From NCBI GenBank assembly GCA_964534195.1, contig CAZHQX010000003.1:1-44146 (forward strand): DNA of 44,146 bases. The letters run 5' to 3'. The position numbers and the translations under genes are program-made. This document shows positions 38,876 through 44,146 of the stretch, piece by piece. Under the pieces are notes generated by a model. The model was given only the letters and a program-made list of their open reading frames with translations. It was not told where the DNA came from and did no database searches. The stretch's first letter is position 1, and the number at the start of each line of letters is the position of its first letter. Source of the DNA: an uncultured Oscillospiraceae bacterium. Its GTDB lineage: Bacteria > Bacillota > Clostridia > Saccharofermentanales > UBA5734.

Positions 38876-38884
38876 ATTATATCA
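38876..38884 (-). promoter_or_regulatory. Extended -10 promoter (TGATATAAT) for the GT2-coaW cluster
   Basis: Minus strand tttaTGaTATAATcatg, about 22 nt before the GT2 start. Confidence 0.55.
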
Positions 38885-39001
38885 TAAATAAACATAGCGC
38901 AAACATAAGCGCAGCAGCATTTTACCGCAAAATAACTTCGGGCATTTTATCATCAAATTACTGGTTGAAATATGATATTAGGAAAATTAATTAGACATTA
39001 C

Positions 39002-39031
39002 AAAGCCGCCTCATCTGTGATGAAACGGCTT
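39002..39031 (-). terminator. Probable terminator after sepF
   Basis: aAGCCGtttCATC-aca-GATGaggCGGCTtt hairpin with a short U tail. Confidence 0.55.
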
Positions 39032-39059
39032 ATAACAGAAACTTTATAATGAAAAACTA

Positions 39060-39542
39060 TCAGTGGCTGCTAGCGCTCTGTTTCATATAATCCATGCTCT
39101 GACCGGTAATTCCGCCCTCCAGCAAGGATGTATTGCGTGGAGCGACTACAAATATAACTGATGAGACCGGCAGCACCTTGCCATCAAGAGCATAAGCCGC
39201 ACCAGTGATAAAATCGATCACTCTCTGAGCCACCTTAGGATCAACCTTCTCGATATTGCAAATAACTGTTTTGCCTGATCTGATATGATCGCATGCCTGT
39301 TGCGCGGACTCAATATCAGCTGGCTGCATAACAACGACCTGTTGTTGACTGCCTGATTTAAAATCAACAACTCTGGAGGTAGTCTGAGGTCTACGAATAT
39401 TCGATGTCAATGGCTCTTCTTCCATAGCTTCTTCCTCATACGCGGGCTCCTCATAGAGTCCTGCTTCATAAGAATCTTCATATTCAAATTCATCATCATA
39501 ACTGCCAAAGCGATTAAATATTCTGTCTAATATGGCTGCCAT
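39060..39542 (-). CDS. sepF: Cell division protein SepF
   Basis: N-terminal amphipathic helix, acidic linker, AQRVIDFITGAAYALDG; follows yggS. Confidence 0.93.
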   Translation of the reverse strand: MAAILDRIFNRFGSYDDEFEYEDSYEAGLYEEPAYEEEAMEEEPLTSNIRRPQTTSRVVDFKSGSQQQVVVMQPADIESAQQACDHIRSGKTVICNIEKVDPKVAQRVIDFITGAAYALDGKVLPVSSVIFVVAPRNTSLLEGGITGQSMDYMKQSASSH

Positions 39543-39580
39543 ATTATTACCCTCCAGTATTTTAACTGTTTTATGTGATC

Positions 39581-39609
39581 ATTATAGGTTTGCGATCAGC
39601 ACTGCGCAA
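39581..39609 (-). promoter_or_regulatory. SigA promoter for sepF
   Basis: TTGCGC (39609-39604), 17-bp spacer, TATAAT (39586-39581). Confidence 0.55.
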
Positions 39610-39708
39610 CACGATTCAAGCAAGAGTAAAGCGGCTGTAATCACAATGAAATACAAGCCGCTCTTTGTATCATAATTATTACACTGTTTTTAGACAGATA
39701 CATGATTT

Positions 39709-40422
39709 CTATATTCTTGGACCAAATATCGCTGTCCCTATTCTGATATGCGTGGCACCACATGCTATTGCCTGACGATAATCCTGGCTCATTCCCATCG
39801 AGAGAATATCAAAGCTCTCATCGCGCAGTACGGTCTGCAGTTCTTTTGCCAGCTTGGCAGCTCCTGAAAAAACAGGTACTGTATCGTCTGGATCATCTGC
39901 TATCGGTGCCATAGTCATAAGGCCGCGTATACGCACGCCAGGAAGACTCGACATAGATTCGATGCCCGTCAGCAGATCTTCAGGCTCAAAACCATGCTTG
40001 CTCTGTTCTCCGGAGATATTTACCTGCAGCAATACCTCTGTGATAAGATTATGAGCATTGCTTCTCTTACTGATTTCCTGCAGAAGCTCAGTGGAATCTA
40101 CAGAATGAATCAGATGTGTCTTACCGATTATGTACTTAACTTTGTTTTTCTGAAGCGTACCGATCAAATGCCAATTTGGATCAATATTATCGGCACTCAG
40201 CTGATCAATCTTCTCAAGCATTTCCTGAACTCTGTTTTCACCAAGATCCTTGAGGCCAAGCTCAAATGCAGCATGTGCATAGTCTACAGGGAAAAATTTC
40301 GATACCCCGATCAGAGTGATATCGTCAGATGATCTTCCACAGTCTTCCGCAGCGCTTCTGATATTCGCTCTGACCTGGTCCAGTCTTGCTGCTATGTCAT
40401 TTTTCAAATTATCAGTCAGCAA
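39709..40422 (-). CDS. yggS: YggS/YlmE PLP homeostasis protein
   Basis: LIGVSK, GENRVQE, WHLIGTLQKNKVK, SKHG, LSMGMSQDY, RIGTAIFG. Confidence 0.95.
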   Translation of the reverse strand: MLTDNLKNDIAARLDQVRANIRSAAEDCGRSSDDITLIGVSKFFPVDYAHAAFELGLKDLGENRVQEMLEKIDQLSADNIDPNWHLIGTLQKNKVKYIIGKTHLIHSVDSTELLQEISKRSNAHNLITEVLLQVNISGEQSKHGFEPEDLLTGIESMSSLPGVRIRGLMTMAPIADDPDDTVPVFSGAAKLAKELQTVLRDESFDILSMGMSQDYRQAIACGATHIRIGTAIFGPRI

Positions 40423-41896
40423 TTATCTGTCCCTCCTCCACGGATGATGGGTTTACAACCAGAATAGTTGAAATCTCCGGTGCGTAACTCTCGTTTTCTA
40501 TCGGTTCAATAATCGCGTACTCGTTGTCATGATCAATCACTCTCACATTGACATGCTCAGTCAATCCGCCATTTACTACCATTATACCGGCAGCACCGTT
40601 TTTATCATTATGATCTATCAAGGAAACCATTGGAACCCGCATGCCTGTTGTAGAGGCAGTGATGATTTCAGCATCTACGGTCCGCCGGTCTGAAAACCAT
40701 TCTATTCTACGGCTTGTCTCAAATGCCGCCAACACGCCATTTTCATAGCTCTGAGATCTTATGATACGACAATCTGGAATCACGATCCCATCCTTCGGGA
40801 TGGATAGATTTTGATAAGAATCAATTTCAAAATTAGCTGCATCAGCATCATCGAGCCAAAATAAAAGGACCTGATTGATACTGCCTGTTATTCTGAGTAC
40901 CGGTTCATCTTGTTCAACTATGTTATCAGTCTCTTCTGATGAAGTGCTGCTGCCGATGTAGTTTTGCAGCTGATCAGGTGTTATCGTTAGTGCAGAATCA
41001 ATACTTATCTGCTCCTCAAGACCATCCAGTTCAAAGGAAAGAATACCTGGCTGTTGACATATGATAGTTCTAGCATCCAATCCAAGGCTCAGCTCAAGCT
41101 GTGAACGTGTATTTTTAAGCTGTTCGATTCTGGAATCCCGGAAATCAATTGGCAGGAGTTTTGTGCTTCTCTGATCGATCAGCACATCCAACGATGTTGA
41201 GTAACCGCCGATACTGCTGACATCAGAACGTATCAGGTCTGATCTGATCAGGTTAACAACTGATGAGAGCGCAGCATTGGTCTCATCATAGATAGCTCGA
41301 GCGCCGGCACCTTTGCCGCTGTTCATGAGTTCTATCTGCAAATCGACGATATCCTGCTCCAGCTTGGCTAATTCTCTAATTTTCTCCTGCTGATCAGCAG
41401 GAATTATCATGGCCACCTTCTGCCCTCTTGCAACTCTGCTGCCTTCTGTCGCCATAGGCTTAAGCACTCCACCTGATGCCGCTGTAAAAACGCTTTCATC
41501 TCTGATTATCAGACCAGTGCTGCTTACCTTGTGCTCGACTGTACCCTCCTGAATAAACATAAAACGAGGTCTGGGCTTAGTCTGATTCATAACCGCGATG
41601 ATCATGACCGCTGTAATCAGCATTATAAAAAGAACGCCAATCGACATAGTGATCGCACGATTTCTAACCTTGCGCCGTTCTATCCGCATCAGTCTCTCTA
41701 CATCAGAGGCTTGTCGAGGTTTAAGTCTGGGCAAAGTTTTCTGCCGATCGCCACCAATGGACTTGTTTGGAGCACTCTCAGGCCTGCGTTCATGTCTAAC
41801 TTGACGTTGCTCAGCCCCGGCTGAAGCGCGCTCGTGCCTATCAGGGCGTTGCTCTGAACTTGCAGGTCTGCGTATTGGCTGATTTTGCCTTCTCAC
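40412..41896 (-). CDS. HlyD/membrane-fusion-protein-like single-pass membrane protein
   Basis: Arg/Gln-rich N-terminus, one TM helix, GLIIRDE and EGSRVARGQKVA (lipoyl-like hairpin), coiled coil, PGILSFELDGLE; overlaps yggS. Confidence 0.65.
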   Translation of the reverse strand: MRRQNQPIRRPASSEQRPDRHERASAGAEQRQVRHERRPESAPNKSIGGDRQKTLPRLKPRQASDVERLMRIERRKVRNRAITMSIGVLFIMLITAVMIIAVMNQTKPRPRFMFIQEGTVEHKVSSTGLIIRDESVFTAASGGVLKPMATEGSRVARGQKVAMIIPADQQEKIRELAKLEQDIVDLQIELMNSGKGAGARAIYDETNAALSSVVNLIRSDLIRSDVSSIGGYSTSLDVLIDQRSTKLLPIDFRDSRIEQLKNTRSQLELSLGLDARTIICQQPGILSFELDGLEEQISIDSALTITPDQLQNYIGSSTSSEETDNIVEQDEPVLRITGSINQVLLFWLDDADAANFEIDSYQNLSIPKDGIVIPDCRIIRSQSYENGVLAAFETSRRIEWFSDRRTVDAEIITASTTGMRVPMVSLIDHNDKNGAAGIMVVNGGLTEHVNVRVIDHDNEYAIIEPIENESYAPEISTILVVNPSSVEEGQIIAD

Positions 41897-41900
41897 GTTC

Positions 41901-43166
41901 TTACTCCATCTTCTCTAGTGCCAGCATACATGCCAGCTTAACATTTTCGAAGCAAAGACCACCCTGCATATATGCAGGATAAGGCGGCTTAAGGGGGCCA
42001 TCAGCTGACAGCTCGATTGAAGCACCCTGTACAAAAGCACCGGCAGCCATGATGACATCACTGTCATAACCAGGCATAGGCCAAGGCTCAGGAAGTACAA
42101 AGCTATCTACAGGTGATGCCTGTTGAATTGATTGACAAAAACGCACCAGCTTATCCGGCTCACCAAATTCGAGCGTTTGCACAATATCTCCCCTGATCTC
42201 ATTCACAGAAGGATATGTCTTGAATCCGGCCGCTGCAAATAGACCAGCCGCGAATACAGCACCCTTCAGACTCTCGCAGACAACATGTGGTGCCATGTAG
42301 AAGCCCTGAGCAATAGTTCTGTTGAATCCAAGTGAAGGCCCCACATGACTGCCCAGTCCAGGAGCGGTTATTCTTGAAGCCGCTTGTTCAACCAGGTCAG
42401 CCCGGCCTACAATATATCCACCAGAGGGACAGAGGCCGCCGCCTGGATTTTTGATCAATGAGCCTGCACAGATATCCGCACCAACCATACAAGGTTCCAT
42501 ATCTTCAACAAACTCTCCATAGCAATTGTCAACCATAACAATTGTATCCGGAGAGGTTTCATGCACCACCTGAGATATTTCGCGGATATCCTCAGCCAGC
42601 AAAGATCTTCTGGTTGTATATCCTCGTGATTTTTGAACAAAAACGACCTTGGTTTTTTGAGATATAGCTGAACGAATCTCATTTAGATCCGGGCTTCCGT
42701 CTGGCAAGAGCTCGAGCTGTTTATATGTAATACCATAGTCATATAATGAGCCGGTATCTCTATCATTGTCAGCACTGCCAATCGTTTCCTTAAGCGTATC
42801 ATAAGGCGCTCCTGTAACCGAAAGCAACTCGTCACCAGGCCTAAGCAAGGAAAATAAACATTGCGACAAAACCTGGGTGCCAGCACTGATTTGTATTCTT
42901 ACATATGCGGACTCAGCGCCAAAAGCGATAGCATACGCTTTCTCTATCTGGCTGCGTCCATTATCATCATAGCCATAGCCGGTACTGCCGCCGAACATAC
43001 TCTCTGAAACGCCGGCCTCCTGCATGGCTCTTATAACTCTGATCTGGTTGATTTCCTTAATTTTTTCAAGTCTGCCAAATGCCGGCAAAACCGCCTGCAT
43101 GACCTGTTCCGACAGATCATAGACGGTTTCGCTGATACCTGACATGCTATATGCGGCATAACTCAA
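41901..43166 (-). CDS. YnbB-like methionine gamma-lyase-family PLP enzyme (aluminium-resistance protein family)
   Basis: STGYGYDDNGR, DNCYGEFVE, GSLIKNPGGG, MAAGAFVQGASIELSADGP; start uncertain (TTG 43166 or ATG 43145). Confidence 0.88.
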   Translation of the reverse strand: MSYAAYSMSGISETVYDLSEQVMQAVLPAFGRLEKIKEINQIRVIRAMQEAGVSESMFGGSTGYGYDDNGRSQIEKAYAIAFGAESAYVRIQISAGTQVLSQCLFSLLRPGDELLSVTGAPYDTLKETIGSADNDRDTGSLYDYGITYKQLELLPDGSPDLNEIRSAISQKTKVVFVQKSRGYTTRRSLLAEDIREISQVVHETSPDTIVMVDNCYGEFVEDMEPCMVGADICAGSLIKNPGGGLCPSGGYIVGRADLVEQAASRITAPGLGSHVGPSLGFNRTIAQGFYMAPHVVCESLKGAVFAAGLFAAAGFKTYPSVNEIRGDIVQTLEFGEPDKLVRFCQSIQQASPVDSFVLPEPWPMPGYDSDVIMAAGAFVQGASIELSADGPLKPPYPAYMQGGLCFENVKLACMLALEKME

Positions 43167-43594
43167 GTACCGTAAACCTCCTTGCATGACAAAACCCTTA
43201 TTCCGGTTTCTTCAAGCTTATCAAGTGCCAGTTGAGGATTCTCAACGCGAATGATAACAATAGCATCAGTTGATGAACGACCAACAAAAGCATACAAATA
43301 GTCAACAGATATCGAGCCTCCGCTCAATGTCTCCAGAGCCTGATCCAACGTTCCTGGATGATCTTCTATTGCTATAGCGATAACATTCGTCGAGCTGACT
43401 GTAAAACCGCTCTCAGTAAGAGCCTGCAAAGCCTGTTCAGGTTGATCTACGATCATTCGCAGTATGCCGTACTCAGTCGTATCAGCAATATAAAGCGCAC
43501 GAATGTCGATACTATTGCTGCCCAATGTTTTGGTTACTTCAGCAAGTCGGCCTGACTTGTTTTCCAGAAAGACAGATATCTGCTTTACTAACAT
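43163..43594 (-). CDS. Tandem ACT-domain protein
   Basis: KQISVFLENKSGRL, IADTTEYGILR, DHPGTL, YLYAF. Confidence 0.9.
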   Translation of the reverse strand: MLVKQISVFLENKSGRLAEVTKTLGSNSIDIRALYIADTTEYGILRMIVDQPEQALQALTESGFTVSSTNVIAIAIEDHPGTLDQALETLSGGSISVDYLYAFVGRSSTDAIVIIRVENPQLALDKLEETGIRVLSCKEVYGT

Positions 43595-43610
43595 AGGTCG
43601 GTTCCTCCTG

Positions 43611-44146
43611 TCATTTTGTCTCTATTATAGCAGAACCAAGATCAAACGCACGTTGATTCATTTCAGCCAGGGCAGGCTTCTTGCCGATGAATAACTCATT
43701 GATAGCCTCACGAAACAGCGATGTGTCAATATTTATAAAGTGAGACAAGGCACCTGTCATTACGAAGTTTACGGCCTTGACAGAGCCAGCCTCCTCAGCC
43801 AGCTTCTGAGCGTCGAGCGCATGGACTGTCGTTCCACCCTCAGACAATGCAAGAATGCTCTCAATTATATTATCCGGATACTCCGCCTGTCCCATAGCGA
43901 CAGGCATTGGAATCGTTCTTCTGGTGTTGATCAGAAGAGTACCGCCACGTCGCAGCAGATGTGCCCAGCGCATGCCCTCAAGCTCCTCAAACGCCAATAT
44001 AAAATCAGCTGCGCCAGGTTCAATTACGGGTGAATAGACACGCTCGCCGATACGAACATATGTGATAACGCTGCCACCGCGCTGAGCCATACCATGAACC
44101 TCAGAAACCTTAACGTCCAGACCCATCTTAGCCGCTATAAGGCCAA
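43611..44146 (-). CDS. iorB: Indolepyruvate ferredoxin oxidoreductase subunit beta (5' end beyond the window)
   Basis: DVKVSEVHGMAQRGGSV, AFEELEG, KAVNFVMTG, NQRAFDLG; frame open to the right edge. Confidence 0.9.
   Translation of the reverse strand, partial: GLIAAKMGLDVKVSEVHGMAQRGGSVITYVRIGERVYSPVIEPGAADFILAFEELEGMRWAHLLRRGGTLLINTRRTIPMPVAMGQAEYPDNIIESILALSEGGTTVHALDAQKLAEEAGSVKAVNFVMTGALSHFINIDTSLFREAINELFIGKKPALAEMNQRAFDLGSAIIETK

Noticed and set aside
39622-39666. Imperfect hairpin AGCGGC...GCCGCT between yggS and sepF as a novel RNA
   Set aside because: Most simply a weak terminator for the yggS transcript ahead of the sepF promoter
1-44146. CRISPR arrays, tRNA/rRNA genes, IS elements, prophage or defence genes
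   Set aside because: No regularly spaced repeats, cloverleaf or rRNA signatures, or transposase/integrase/nuclease motifs were seen; intergenic gaps are short and largely explained

Overview
A 44-kb, mostly minus-strand core-chromosome segment from a Clostridia-type Firmicute (inferred from PolC, T-box, IspH-S1 fusion and SepF). No rRNA, tRNA, CRISPR, integrase or transposase was seen. In transcription order (right to left): iorB (partial), an ACT protein, a YnbB-like PLP enzyme, an HlyD-like protein, yggS, sepF; an accessory block (GT2 glycosyltransferase, type II pantothenate kinase, TIM-barrel/acyl-CoA ligase fusion, DUF1624/HGSNAT-like acyltransferase, HAD phosphatase, DUF3810, hemZ); a divergent metallophosphoesterase; Ile T-box, ileS (type 2), site-2 protease, trpS, scpA, scpB; a three-gene biotin carboxyl-transfer cluster; rpiR, hutP-like, cmk, plsC, ispH/rpsA; a Cof HAD; a divergent Zn-finger/PepV fusion and tandem RimJ-type GNAT; then rpsB, tsf, pyrH, frr, uppS, cdsA, dxr, rseP, ispG, polC (partial). 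The best candidates for undescribed biology are (i) the GT2-CoaW-TIM/ligase-HGSNAT acylation module, (ii) the structured NAG-rich leader ahead of rpiR and an atypical HutP, (iii) the LIM-like Zn-finger fused to a PepV peptidase, and (iv) a divergent, pump-less transcarboxylase-like cluster with an inverted repeat around its -35 box. All calls come from motif recognition by eye; no database searches were run.
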